A stretch of 64,000 nucleotides of DNA from Ignavibacteriaceae bacterium (GTDB lineage: Bacteria > Bacteroidota > Ignavibacteria > Ignavibacteriales > Ignavibacteriaceae), in NCBI GenBank assembly GCA_030584105.1, contig CP129491.1, positions 2,186,503-2,250,502 on the forward strand. The letters are read 5' to 3'. The number at the start of each line of letters is the position of its first letter. The stretch's first letter is position 1. A model generated the notes under the pieces. That model searched no databases. It had not been told where the DNA came from and saw only the letters and a program-made list of their open reading frames with translations. Made by a program: the position numbers and the translations under genes. Shown here piece by piece: positions 43,823 to 54,303 of the stretch.

Positions 43823-46534
43823 ATGAGTACTATTCTTTCTACTGAGTTATTATCACTTCTTCACCATGTGGAACTAAATAAGAGCGGTTGGTGGGAAGAA
43901 TCTGTCCAAAGTTTCATTTCAGTTGCTTTTATTCAAAATGGAAATGCCTGGATGGTAGATTCTGAAATTATACAATTTTTGACCGAAAAACTTGAACTAC
44001 AGATTGATCAAGATCGTATCAAAAAACAAATTGAAGTTATGTTGTCTAAGAAAATGCTGAAATATTCAGATGGAAAATTTAATTTATCAATAACTTTTTA
44101 TTCAGAATACTCAGAAAATTATCAACAACAATTAGATGTAGAAAATAAAGCAAAGAAATGTTTTTTTGAAATTAGTCGGCTCATCGATCAACAAACAGAC
44201 CCCGAACAACTATGGAGTGAGTTTAATAATCAACTTTTAAATCCTTTGATAAAAGAGAGTGGCGTAAAAACTATTGAGATAATTACAGGGGCAAATTCAC
44301 ACTCTTTCGAAGAATTTAGTCGATTCACGAATTATCTTTCCAAATATGCTGAGAAAAAAACTAAGATTCAAGAAATTTTGGTTAAATTCTTAAATTCTAA
44401 AGATGAAAATGTCCATAAATACTTGCTTACAAGGTTAAGTGCTTACTTTTTCCTTGCGGCTACAAATTTAGATACCGGAACAATAGACCATATTTATTCT
44501 CTTTCAAAAATGCAAACAAATCTTAAAGTATTCGTTGATACGAATTTCTTGCTTAGTTTACTCGATTTGCATGATAATCCGTTAAATGATGCTTCAAACT
44601 CTCTAAAAACGTTGGTAAATGAGATTAATAAAAAAGTGAATGTAAAATTCTTTATTCTTCCAATTACAATCAGTGAATTTCAAAATTTAATAAAAAAAAT
44701 CAGTGAACGATTACGAGAGCTAAACCCGCAACTCAACCAGGCAATTGCTTTAGAAGAAAATCCAAATATTAGTGGTTTAATAAAACGCTATTACCAAAAA
44801 TGCCGTGAGAAAAATTCGATAATAAAAATTGATGATTATTTTGGACCATATTTAAACAATTTTAGTTCTGTTATAAGAAACAAAGGATTGGAAATTTATC
44901 AGGTTGATTTATCAGAATATGAAACTGACAGAAAAGTTATTGATGATATTGACTTTCAGATAAATTACCGTTTCAGTAAATCTGAAAAAGAGGGTAAATT
45001 TTATGGTTGGTCTGAAGAACAAAAAGAAAATGAAAAATCTATTATGCATGGTAAATTTAACCATGATTGTCAAATTTGGCATTATGTTAATGATCTAAGA
45101 CCGGAATATATAGATTCAATAAAAGAGGTCGAACATTGGATATTAACTTTAGATTTTAATTTCTTAGAATTTGATCGAATTAAGCTTATTCAGATGAATA
45201 AGAAGATTGCCACATGTCTTCACCCTAAAGACTTTATAGCATTACTACAATTTTGGGTCCCTCGGACACAAAAACTTGAAGATGCAATTTTAGGTAACAT
45301 TCAATTACCGTTATTATTTAAAGAGATTGATATTAATAAAGAAAAAGCAATAATACAAATTCTAGAAGCTATTTCACATTTTGAAAACAGCGAAGATTTC
45401 AGTCCCGAATTAGTAGCTGAAATTTTAACCGAAATCGCTCTTAAAGGTAAAATTATCCAAAGTAATTCAGTTGAAGTAAATGTTCAATTAATTCAGTCGG
45501 AAATACTACAAAAGTACGATTCATTAAAGGAATCGCATCAAAAAGTCAACAAAGAAAATGAAACATTTAGAAAAGAATTAAAAGAATTAGAACAATCGAT
45601 TAATGAGAATATCTCTCGTTCTTTAGGACGTCGGAGAAATTATCATATTGATGGGATGATTGAACGGAAAAAGATACAAATTCAAGAAATCACCATTAGG
45701 ATTTCTGACAAAGAAGAATTAATCAATCGAGCAAACAAAGAATATATTCAAACCCGAAAACAAATAAAACATAGGATATTATCTATCTTTAAGGGAGCAA
45801 CATATTTAGAATTATTAAGAGATAAAATTCAGAAGAAATATTACAATAAAAATGAAATTGACCTTTTAAAATTAGAAGAAGCTTCGCTTAAAAAAGAATA
45901 TGATGAGCTTCAAGAATTGAATAAAAATGAAAATATTATCATTTTTTGCGAAAATACAGATTCTGAATTATTGAATGATTTAGGCTATCAGGGTATTTAT
46001 TTCTCACCAGTAAAGAATAGTAACGAAGTTTTTATCAAGACAAGAGCAAATAACACATTTTTTGGGTTGCGTGATCGTGATTTTTTGATCGACGAGGAAA
46101 TTAATAAGATTAGAGAACTCCACCCAAATTTGCAGATTTTAGAATATTACTGTTTAGAAAATTATCTATATCACCCTGAAAATCTTAACAGCCTTGGTTT
46201 AGAAAACTTTACAATAAACGAATATCTTAACGAATTAATCAATCAAAAGAAAAATAAAATAAAGAAGATCATACTGAACATAAAGAATTCTCGCAGCTCG
46301 TATGAAGAGTTTAAATTACCCCAAGAAAAAATTAAACAGAATGAAGAAATATTGTTCGAATATTTGGAATCAGATGATATTGAAAAATTTCTCAAAGCCT
46401 TTAGTCTAAAATCTGAATTTGATAAATCTTGTTTGTCTAAGTACAATCTTAATAAAAAAAAATTGGCTTCAACACGATGGTTTAAAAGTAGGATCGATAA
46501 ACTTCTTGAGTCATTGGAACTCTCAGATAGTTAA
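43823..46534 (+). CDS. large multidomain protein: N-terminal unknown, PIN-like domain, coiled coil, C-terminal DUF4435/Toprim-like domain
   Basis: ATG 43823 is preferred over TTG 43799. KVFVDTNFLLSLLD ... ILPITISEF ... WILTLDFNF is PIN-like. Residues c. 560-720 form a K/E-rich coiled coil. IIIFCENTDSELL ... FFGLRDRDFL ... YYCLENYLYHPE is DUF4435/OLD-Toprim-like. Confidence 0.6.
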   Translation: MSTILSTELLSLLHHVELNKSGWWEESVQSFISVAFIQNGNAWMVDSEIIQFLTEKLELQIDQDRIKKQIEVMLSKKMLKYSDGKFNLSITFYSEYSENYQQQLDVENKAKKCFFEISRLIDQQTDPEQLWSEFNNQLLNPLIKESGVKTIEIITGANSHSFEEFSRFTNYLSKYAEKKTKIQEILVKFLNSKDENVHKYLLTRLSAYFFLAATNLDTGTIDHIYSLSKMQTNLKVFVDTNFLLSLLDLHDNPLNDASNSLKTLVNEINKKVNVKFFILPITISEFQNLIKKISERLRELNPQLNQAIALEENPNISGLIKRYYQKCREKNSIIKIDDYFGPYLNNFSSVIRNKGLEIYQVDLSEYETDRKVIDDIDFQINYRFSKSEKEGKFYGWSEEQKENEKSIMHGKFNHDCQIWHYVNDLRPEYIDSIKEVEHWILTLDFNFLEFDRIKLIQMNKKIATCLHPKDFIALLQFWVPRTQKLEDAILGNIQLPLLFKEIDINKEKAIIQILEAISHFENSEDFSPELVAEILTEIALKGKIIQSNSVEVNVQLIQSEILQKYDSLKESHQKVNKENETFRKELKELEQSINENISRSLGRRRNYHIDGMIERKKIQIQEITIRISDKEELINRANKEYIQTRKQIKHRILSIFKGATYLELLRDKIQKKYYNKNEIDLLKLEEASLKKEYDELQELNKNENIIIFCENTDSELLNDLGYQGIYFSPVKNSNEVFIKTRANNTFFGLRDRDFLIDEEINKIRELHPNLQILEYYCLENYLYHPENLNSLGLENFTINEYLNELINQKKNKIKKIILNIKNSRSSYEEFKLPQEKIKQNEEILFEYLESDDIEKFLKAFSLKSEFDKSCLSKYNLNKKKLASTRWFKSRIDKLLESLELSDS

Positions 46535-46926
46535 ATTTAATTCGAATTAGTGTCCCATTTAATATTCCGAACACTGAACCAAAACAGATTTAATTCTATA
46601 TCAATTAACTTAGTTAATCAACAATTAAGATTGAACAGCTACAGTTTATAATTCTTCGGAAATCTCCGGCAGTGTTTTTTCAAATTCTATTTGAAGGAAT
46701 TTCAGATATGTCCGGTTCGTTTTAGTCAGAGATATTGCTTATTGACACCAATTTTTAGCGGCGTTATCTTTAAGTTTTACTTCAATATCTTCTCGCTCCT
46801 TTTTTTCAATTATCCGGTTAGTTCATCACTTGTAATAGCAATAAAATCAGTGAGGCAATTTCTAATATTCGCATTGTTTTACCAAATATTTATCGTAAGA
46901 TTCAAATCTATTTTCGTGGCTTCCCA

Positions 46927-47442
46927 TTATTTTAATTTAATTTGAAAGGCACTGATCAAACCATCTTCTGCTCTTTTTCGTACATCGATTAAATCGGCAT
47001 CAGTTGCCATTGTTTTAGGAATCTGCAAAGAAAACTCTAATTCTTTACCTGATTCGATATCTACACGGTAGTAACCGGGCAAAGGTTTACCTAAAATTTC
47101 GCCATTTTTTAGAATAAAAATATCTTCACCACTCAAAATAAAAGGTTCAAAACTTGTGTTTTTTATTTTAAGTTTCAAACTTGAGTGATATAAGTTAGTG
47201 GTATCATACGATATTACTGTCAGTTTGATTGTTAACTTTCGTAAAATTTTTGTTGATGTAAGACCCTGCGCACCCAAATACTGATATGAAATATTAAATT
47301 CTTTATTTGGCATTGTTACACTTGGTGTAAGTTTTGAAGAATCAATTTTCACCTCAGGTTTTACCGTAACTTTGACTTCTTCTTTGCAACCAAATATGAA
47401 AATGCCAACTACAACTACAGAAAGGTAAATCAAGATTTTCAT
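46927..47442 (-). CDS. lipoprotein, unknown function
   Basis: Lipobox MKILIYLSVVVVGIFIFGC. The 171-aa protein looks beta-rich. Confidence 0.6.
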   Translation of the reverse strand: MKILIYLSVVVVGIFIFGCKEEVKVTVKPEVKIDSSKLTPSVTMPNKEFNISYQYLGAQGLTSTKILRKLTIKLTVISYDTTNLYHSSLKLKIKNTSFEPFILSGEDIFILKNGEILGKPLPGYYRVDIESGKELEFSLQIPKTMATDADLIDVRKRAEDGLISAFQIKLK

Positions 47443-47667
47443 TACTTCATTCCTTTTATATTTTATTGATGATTATGTTGTGTATGATGATTTTGAAAGC
47501 AGCCTTTCATTCTTAAGTTAAGTAAAAATTGCCGACGATTGAATTATGACTAAGACCAAAAACAAAATTACCAAAATTATTTTCGATTAAAAAATTCTCC
47601 AGAACTCTGTTTCATTTTTTCATTACATAGTTTGTACATTTCTAGATTTTTGGGGGGAATAAGCCCG

Positions 47668-48737
47668 TTACCATTCAACGCCCTCCATCATTTCTTCAAG
47701 TGCGGCTTGTACCCGTTCATCGGGATCGTGTTGCAGGGTTGCATACAAGGAAAATATATCAACTGTGCCGCCATCTGATAAGGGGCGGGGGTTATATTTC
47801 CAGATTTCAAGTTGAAAATCCGCATCTTCTTGGAAATCAGCTATTTCAAATTTGCCCGGAACCCGAGCCGGAGACTTATGGGTATCTTCTTTGAAATCAA
47901 CCGTCTCAAAATTGTCTTGAATCTGAACCCGAGCCGGAACCTTAGGGGTGCCTTCTTTGAAATCAACCATTTCAAAATTGCCGTTTTTAATCATTTTTTC
48001 AAATTCACGGTTTCTGCACGCATAGGTTTTCACGGCGTCATCGGCAAGCATGCTGTATTGGAAAGTGCCGTTACGCCCGCTTCGGGTAGTTGAAGCACGG
48101 TTTTTTTCGTTTCTCCGACCATAAATTTAACGGATGCCACCGGGTTAAACAGATACTGTCTTCCTTTTTCCCAAATCGTTTTGCGATCGGCTGCAAGTTG
48201 CGGAATTTTTTTGCGCCCGTCGGAAATTCTTCGCACCAATTCCTTATTTTCAAGTTCCTGCAAAGCCCGCGAAACGCTCATGTTCGAGTACCCAAGTTTT
48301 TTCGGCAATTTGCCCGGGGGTGGTTGTTCCGGAATGATTTTGCAGAAGAAAGATGAAAACCTGCTGCGCCACAGGGGTGAAGTGGTGCTTCGGTTCACTG
48401 ATCTGCTGACCTCTGTTGCGAATGCTTATCATAAAATCGGGGGAGATACGCCTGCCTGCCGGGGATGATAAAACTGAACCCTGTATTTTATCAGACGAAA
48501 CGCTTCAACAGTAGTGAGCGCCTCGGTGCAATATATTACTGGTTTGTGCAGGAACCGAAGAATTGCCTCAACCGATTTTTTGATTTCATAAGGGGTGAGG
48601 CGCGTTTTTCTTTTATCGAATGCAAACAGCACCTTCGTGTTGAATAATTCACCTTCAACAATTTGAAACCCTCTGAAGCAAATAGAGTGGCAGCTTTTTC
48701 GCACCGGCTTTGTACCCAAAGTTCGGCTGAACTCCAA
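47668..48737 (-). pseudogene. multiply frameshifted wHTH (MarR-like) regulator-family gene
   Basis: A continuous homolog-like reading needs four frames: ORFs 48429..48737, 48250..48432, 48030..48398 and 47668..48051. The HTH QIAEKLGYSNMSVSRALQELENKELV is split at c. 48300. The C-terminal part holds about 3 x 25-aa repeats (NFE(M/T)VDFKE(G/D)T..(V/S)PARV). Confidence 0.55.
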
Positions 48738-48817
48738 AAGTTATTTTCAGATAATTGTTACGGTTGCAGAAAGTTGCATTTTGGTTCTTAAATTTTGTAA
48801 CATTTTATTTGCATATA

Positions 48818-48835
48818 TAACATTTTAAAATGTTA
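48818..48835. promoter_or_regulatory. perfect 18-bp palindrome plus a third half-site upstream of the decayed regulator gene (candidate operator)
   Basis: TAACATTTTAAAATGTTA at 48818-48835, with GTAACATTTTA again at 48797-48807. Confidence 0.4.
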
Positions 48836-49165
48836 CTATACAAATTTTATGTTAAAATATTGATATATATGGCGATTATAGATTCATTTAATAGTTTAGA
48901 ACTAACGAATCGGACTGCTTTTCGATTTCTCAAAAGCGTTCAAAATTAACTAATCGGTGAGCAGGCGGCGGACTACTGTTCCCGGGTGGAATCTACACAG
49001 GTTTTTATGCCGGCACCTGTTATGAAAATATAAACTGCTAATGGCAAAGTCAACGGGCGGAATCTACACACGCTGCTATGCCCGCGGCGTAGGGGGTAGG
49101 TGAAAAGTTAAACGCTTTCATAAATTTACTGCTGTTGAAGATATAGTCGTATTTTGTTTGGTAGG

Positions 49166-49982
49166 TCATTTCAACCATTTCCATAACAGTGGGTTGAAAG
49201 ATGCCGCGAGGCGCAGCATTGCGTTACCGAGCACCTGAATTTTGGGTTCGACCCCAAGCAGCCCGGCTGTTAATCGCACCATTTCCTCTGCTGTTATTTT
49301 GTGGGTGTCGGTGGGTGCGTGCCAGACTTGGTTGTAGGCATCGGGCGTGTTTCCCACCATTGCGGTTGCTTTGGCTGCATCGGGGGTGTATGTGAAAGAG
49401 TGAATTGCGCCGGATTGTTCATCCACATCGCCTTTTTACCTTTTACCATGTTGTTCAGAACAAGCAGGTTATAGAGCGAGCTTCCCACCCGAGGCCCATA
49501 GAAATCAAGCCGCTTTTAACCACGGCAGCCTGCAAATTCCCTTTCGTATATTCATCGTTGAGCCGGATGTTAAGCTTCGCCCGCACTTCTCCTTTTTTAC
49601 TGCACGGATTTAAGGGGGTTTCTTCGGTCATTTCGCCCTCAACTTTTCCGTAGGAATAAACATTATCGAAAAAAACGAGCTTTGCTCCCTCTTCTTTGCA
49701 CGCAGAAAGCACATTTTCAAGCACGATGCCCCACTGCTGTTGCCAGACTTTGGCTGAATATTTAAGTCCGGCTACCAGATATACAATTTCTGAGCCTTTA
49801 ACGGCAGCGCGGGTTGACTCTTTATTCAAGAGATCGAACTTGAGAACCCGGTCAGTTTCGTTAATTTTTTTGGGATTTCTGGCAGCAATTCTGATTTTAT
49901 CGGTATAGGCGGTAAGTTCCCTCGCCAAAGGTTCGCCGATAGCGCCCCCGCCACCGAGAATTGTCTGATATTTTTCCGACAT
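49166..49982 (-). pseudogene. NAD-dependent epimerase/SDR family gene with at least two frameshifts
   Basis: The N-terminal part is 49455..49982 (ILGGGGAIGEPLAREL). The middle segment appears only in another frame (GSSLYNLLVLNNMVKGKKA, ORF 49294..49488). The C-terminal part is 49166..49426 (FTYTPDAAKA...WHAPTD). Confidence 0.7.
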
Positions 49983-50462
49983 TTGCGATTCCTGTTTGTA
50001 TTGTTGTTAGTTTGGTATAATTAAACCCTGAACACCGTCTGTTCGATTGGATAACTCACCCGAATTCTTGACTTTTTTGTTTGCACAATACACAAAAATG
50101 ACAAATAAAGGAAGTGTCGCCCGGGTTTAATTTCTGCCGTTTTTCTGAAATTGGTTAAGCGAAAATAAGCCCCTCCACCGATAGAAAGCCCTGCACTTTT
50201 GAAGACCGGTAAAAAAATGATATAAACGGTGAGTTTTTAATCAAAATTGATTCTTCCTGAAGCCGGCACTTCCGCCGGTTATCAAACAAATACACTTACA
50301 CAAAAAAACAACCGGCCACAAAAAACACCGCCGAGGCAAACCCCTACCCCACTCCACTACCCCAGCCCCAAACCCTGCCGGCACTTCCCTGTGTACGGCA
50401 AACTTAATCCCATTGCGAGAGTTGTTCAGAATTGCTAATTTACCACAGGATTACACAAAATT

Positions 50463-52007
50463 TTGCACTATTTTCTTCAACTTATCAAATTTTCCGGAGA
50501 TACTCCACTGAAAAAGTTACTCTTCTTTGTGCTGTTCACTCTTTTCGGCACATTTCAAGCCCTTCCGCAGTTCAATGCCAAAATAATGACTTACAATGTT
50601 CTTAATTACCCCGGAACCTCGGGGCCTGAACGAAACCCATACTTCAGAACTGTTATTTCAGCGACCGACCCCGACATCCTTGTTGTGGGAGAACTAATCG
50701 GAATGAACGGGTTTGTAACTTTCAGAGACTCAGTGATGAAAAAAATCTCCGACGACTACACCGGCGGCGATTTTATCGACGGACCTGATACCGACCATGG
50801 GATTTACTTCAAATCATCGATGTTTGAGTTTATTTCCAATGTGCCGATTGTAACTGAACTGCGGGATATCAGCCGGTTCACTATAAAATCGAAAACAACG
50901 GCTGATACGCTGATTATTTTCGGCGTGCACCTGAAATCGAGCACGGGTTCCCAGAACGCCGCGCAGCGCGCACGCGAGGTTGACAGCCTACGAAAGGTTA
51001 CCAAAACGCTTCACCCCGGCGCAAATTTCATCGTTCTGGGCGATTTTAACCTTTACTCAGCCAACGAAGCGGCTTATCAGAAACTGACCGACCAAACACA
51101 ACCCGGCTACTTCAACGACCCTTTAGACATGCCCGGTGACTGGCAGGATGTGCCCGCTTATGCACCTTACCACACGCAATCGCCGCGAAAAAGATCGTTC
51201 GGAGGTGGCGCTACAGGCGGTCTGGACGACAGGTTCGACCTTATCTTAATGAGCAGCGCTGTGATGGAGCCGGGCGGAATAACTTACATTCAAAACTCGT
51301 ACACCTCTTACGGAAACGACGGCAACCACCTTAACGACTCGATCAACCGCCCGCCGAACACCGCCGTTGGTCAGGTAATTGCCGATGCGCTTCACTATGC
51401 GGCGGATCATCTGCCGGTTTTCGCCACTTTTTCGTTCAATTCCGTGGTGCCGGTTGAGCTTACCTCTTTCTACGGCGTGCGTGCAGAGGGGGGCGTTAGC
51501 CTGCACTGGGCAACCGCTACCGAGACGAACAACTACGGTTTCGGGGTTGAAAGATCGAAAGACGGCGTGAAGTGGTCAGAAAAGGGCTTCGTACCCGGAG
51601 GCAATAATTCTCTTTCCCCCAGAGAGTATAAATTCTTCGATAAATCCGCAGAATCAGGAAAAATTTCCTACCGCTTAAAACAAACGGATAACGACGGCAC
51701 CGTTAACTACTCAAAAACGATTGAAATTGAAGGAAGCCTCCCTTCAGGAATGAACCTGCAACAGAACTTCCCGAACCCGTTTAACCCCTCAACCAAAATT
51801 TCGTTCGAGCTGCCCGAGGCGGGCAGGGTGCAGCTGAAAGTGTTTGATATTGCAGGCAACGAGGTTGCTTCGCTGATTGACGGCACAATGGAGGGTGGCA
51901 CGCACGAGGCGGAGTTTGTTCCTACAGCGCTTTCTGCCGGTGTGTATGTTTATCGGCTTTCGTGGAACGGCTTCAGCCTCAGCAGGAAAATGTTGTTTCT
52001 GCCCTGA
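50463..52007 (+). CDS. secreted endonuclease/exonuclease/phosphatase (EEP) family protein with T9SS sorting domain
   Basis: MTYNVLNY, LGDFNLYS and ADHLPVFATF. The C-terminus reads QQNFPNPFNPSTKISF...VYVYRL. The start codon is uncertain (TTG 50463). Confidence 0.8.
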   Translation: MHYFLQLIKFSGDTPLKKLLFFVLFTLFGTFQALPQFNAKIMTYNVLNYPGTSGPERNPYFRTVISATDPDILVVGELIGMNGFVTFRDSVMKKISDDYTGGDFIDGPDTDHGIYFKSSMFEFISNVPIVTELRDISRFTIKSKTTADTLIIFGVHLKSSTGSQNAAQRAREVDSLRKVTKTLHPGANFIVLGDFNLYSANEAAYQKLTDQTQPGYFNDPLDMPGDWQDVPAYAPYHTQSPRKRSFGGGATGGLDDRFDLILMSSAVMEPGGITYIQNSYTSYGNDGNHLNDSINRPPNTAVGQVIADALHYAADHLPVFATFSFNSVVPVELTSFYGVRAEGGVSLHWATATETNNYGFGVERSKDGVKWSEKGFVPGGNNSLSPREYKFFDKSAESGKISYRLKQTDNDGTVNYSKTIEIEGSLPSGMNLQQNFPNPFNPSTKISFELPEAGRVQLKVFDIAGNEVASLIDGTMEGGTHEAEFVPTALSAGVYVYRLSWNGFSLSRKMLFLP

Positions 52008-52159
52008 TTTTTTGAATACGGGCAAGGTTTGGGTTGGGTAACTTCAATAATTAAGTGGGGGTGAGCGGGCTGCCCCCAACACCGGCTATAACCAACCGTT
52101 CCGTTATAACTATTTCTGAGTATTAATTCCGTATATTTGCATAAAAATTTAGGCAAATA

Positions 52160-53369
52160 ATGGAATCGATAAGAGAGATATACCGAATCGGGTTTGGGCC
52201 CTCAAGCAGCCACACGATGGGTCCCCGCAAGGCAGCTGAAATTTTTAAGCAACGCTTCCCCGATGCCCCACGCTACCGGGCGACACTTCACGGCAGTTTA
52301 GCAGCTACCGGCAAAGGGCACCTTACCGACAGAGCGATTTTCGATGTTTTTTCGACCGAAAAGACTGAACTGCTCTGGAAACCCGAAGAGATTCTGCCGA
52401 AACACCCCAACGCTTTAACCTTGGAAGCACTCGACGAAACCGGCGAAGTTGTCGGGAATTGGCGCGTTTACTCCGTTGGCGGCGGCAAAATTATCGACGA
52501 TGACCACGACCCCGAGGAAGATTCCGTTTACCCACTATCCACCATGGAAGATATTCTGGACTGGACGCAGAAAAACGGGCGCTCGTTCTGGGAGTATGTT
52601 GAAGAAATTGAGGGCGCTTCGATTTACGACCACCTGGCAGAAGTGTGGGAAGTGATGAAACAGGCAATTGCAAACGGTCTGGAAGCCGAAGGCGTGTTGC
52701 CGGGGCCTCTGAATCTGCGGCGGAAAGCTTCTTCTTACTTTGTGAAAGCGAAAAACTATACTGGCACACTTAAAGAAAAAACCCTGATTTTTGCATACGC
52801 ACTTGCGGTCGGTGAGGAAAATGCTGCGGGGGGAAGAATTGTAACCGCACCAACCTGCGGCTCTTGCGGAACAATGCCCGCTGTGCTTAAAAGAATGTAC
52901 GACAGCTTCGATTTCTCCGACCAAAAAATCCACCGGGCGCTTGCCACTGCCGGCTTAATCGGTAATTTGGTGAAAACGAACGCCTCGATTTCGGGCGCTA
53001 AGGTGGGGTGCCAGGGTGAAATTGGCACCGCATGCGCGATGGCAACAGCGGCAGCAACACAACTGCTCGGGGGAAACACCTCAACAGATTGAATACGCAG
53101 CGGAAATGGGAATTGAACACCACTTAGGGTTAACCTGCGACCCCATTATGGGCTTGGTGCAGGTGCCATGCATTGAAAGGAACGCTTTTGCCGCTGAAAG
53201 AGCACTTAACACGGCTACTTTTGCGCTGCTTTCAGACGGGCAACACTTGGTTTCGTTCGATAAAATTGTAAAAACTATGAAGCAAACAGGGCACGACCTT
53301 CCCTCGATCTACAAAGAGACCTCAGAAGGCGGGCTTGCGTATTTCTATAAGAAAAAATACGGCGGCTGA
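52160..53369 (+). pseudogene. sdaA: L-serine ammonia-lyase (Fe-S type, single chain) interrupted by a +1 nt frameshift
   Basis: IGFGPSSSHTMGP, CGSCGTMPAV and [13 protein letters not shown] are in frame 1. [36 protein letters not shown] continues in the next frame. The break is at GGGGGAAACA, 53069-53078. Confidence 0.8.
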
Positions 53370-53543
53370 CAACTACGCCTTCCGTTCGAATGGATGATTG
53401 CGGGAAACTGTTCTGTTATTCCGTTGAAATTACCGGCTTTTCTGTCAGTTATTTTTTCAACTATGGCTGTATTTAACAATTTGCTGTTGGTTTCTCTAAT
53501 TATTCCGTAAAAAGAGTCCGGATAACACTCCGTTATAAAAACT

Positions 53544-54002
53544 TCAGTAAACCAGCTTCAGTTTTTCATCGATGTTTTTCAGATATTTTTGATATATCTT
53601 TTTCATCCCAAAAAACACTTCCAGATTTTCATTATACACCTGCCGCAGAGTGCTGAGCGTGAATTTCAGGTCTTGCGGGCACTCTTCACTGCAACGGTCG
53701 ATTTTCTCTCCGGATTCTATCAGGCTTGAAGTATGTTTTCGAATGGCAGAATCTATCCCGAGAATAACCTCTTCGATTTTTTGTTTAAATTCATCGCAGC
53801 CGGCAATAAGATTTTGGTAAATAAGTGTTTTTTCAGAGTCAGGAATGTTACTGTATTTATTGATTTCTACTTCCAAAGAGTAGAGTCTTCTGATAAAATC
53901 AGAGTCGTATTCAGAGAGTCTGTTTCTGAAACTTAGAAGTTCATCCACAGTTCCTCTGAGTTGTAGTTTCAGTTCTCGCAATTCATCTATAATATTCTGC
54001 AT
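53544..54002 (-). CDS. hypothetical helical/coiled-coil protein
   Basis: A 152-aa ORF with no recognisable motifs. Confidence 0.45.
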   Translation of the reverse strand: MQNIIDELRELKLQLRGTVDELLSFRNRLSEYDSDFIRRLYSLEVEINKYSNIPDSEKTLIYQNLIAGCDEFKQKIEEVILGIDSAIRKHTSSLIESGEKIDRCSEECPQDLKFTLSTLRQVYNENLEVFFGMKKIYQKYLKNIDEKLKLVY

Positions 54003-54101
54003 ATTTCAACTCCAATGCAATTTATTTATAAATGATTACGCTATAATATAAGAAATCTTCTGATAAAAAACAAATTTTTTTTGAAATTTCAAGCCTTACT
54101 G

Positions 54102-54168
54102 CTGAAAACGACCGCCGGTGCCGGTTAAAACGACCACCGCTTCCGCTGAAAACAACCGCCGGTGCCCG
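54102..54168. repeat. 21-23-bp tandem repeat x3 upstream of the lyase gene
   Basis: CTGAAAACGACCGCCGGTGCCGG / TTAAAACGACCACCGCTTCCG / CTGAAAACAACCGCCGGTGCCCG. Confidence 0.8.
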
Positions 54169-54303
54169 CCCAATTTCCTGCCGATTCAGATGAAAATTAA
54201 AGAAACCGGAAAGAAACCAATCTTTTGTATTGATTTCTCGCAAAAATTTAACAAATTTGGTTATTCACTTTTAATTCTTATGAAAAAAGGAAACAGACGA
54301 GAG

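Noticed and set aside
46691-46945. 84-aa plus-strand ORF
   Set aside because: It is AT-rich and Phe/Ile/Leu-rich with a low-complexity translation, and it overlaps the 3' end of the lipoprotein gene. It is likely spurious.
54118-54303. N-terminal extension of the lyase ORF, or a TnaC-like leader peptide
   Set aside because: Homologues start at MRTIIEPFKIK-like sequence. The extension runs through the 22-bp repeats and contains no Trp codon or separate short ORF with a stop.
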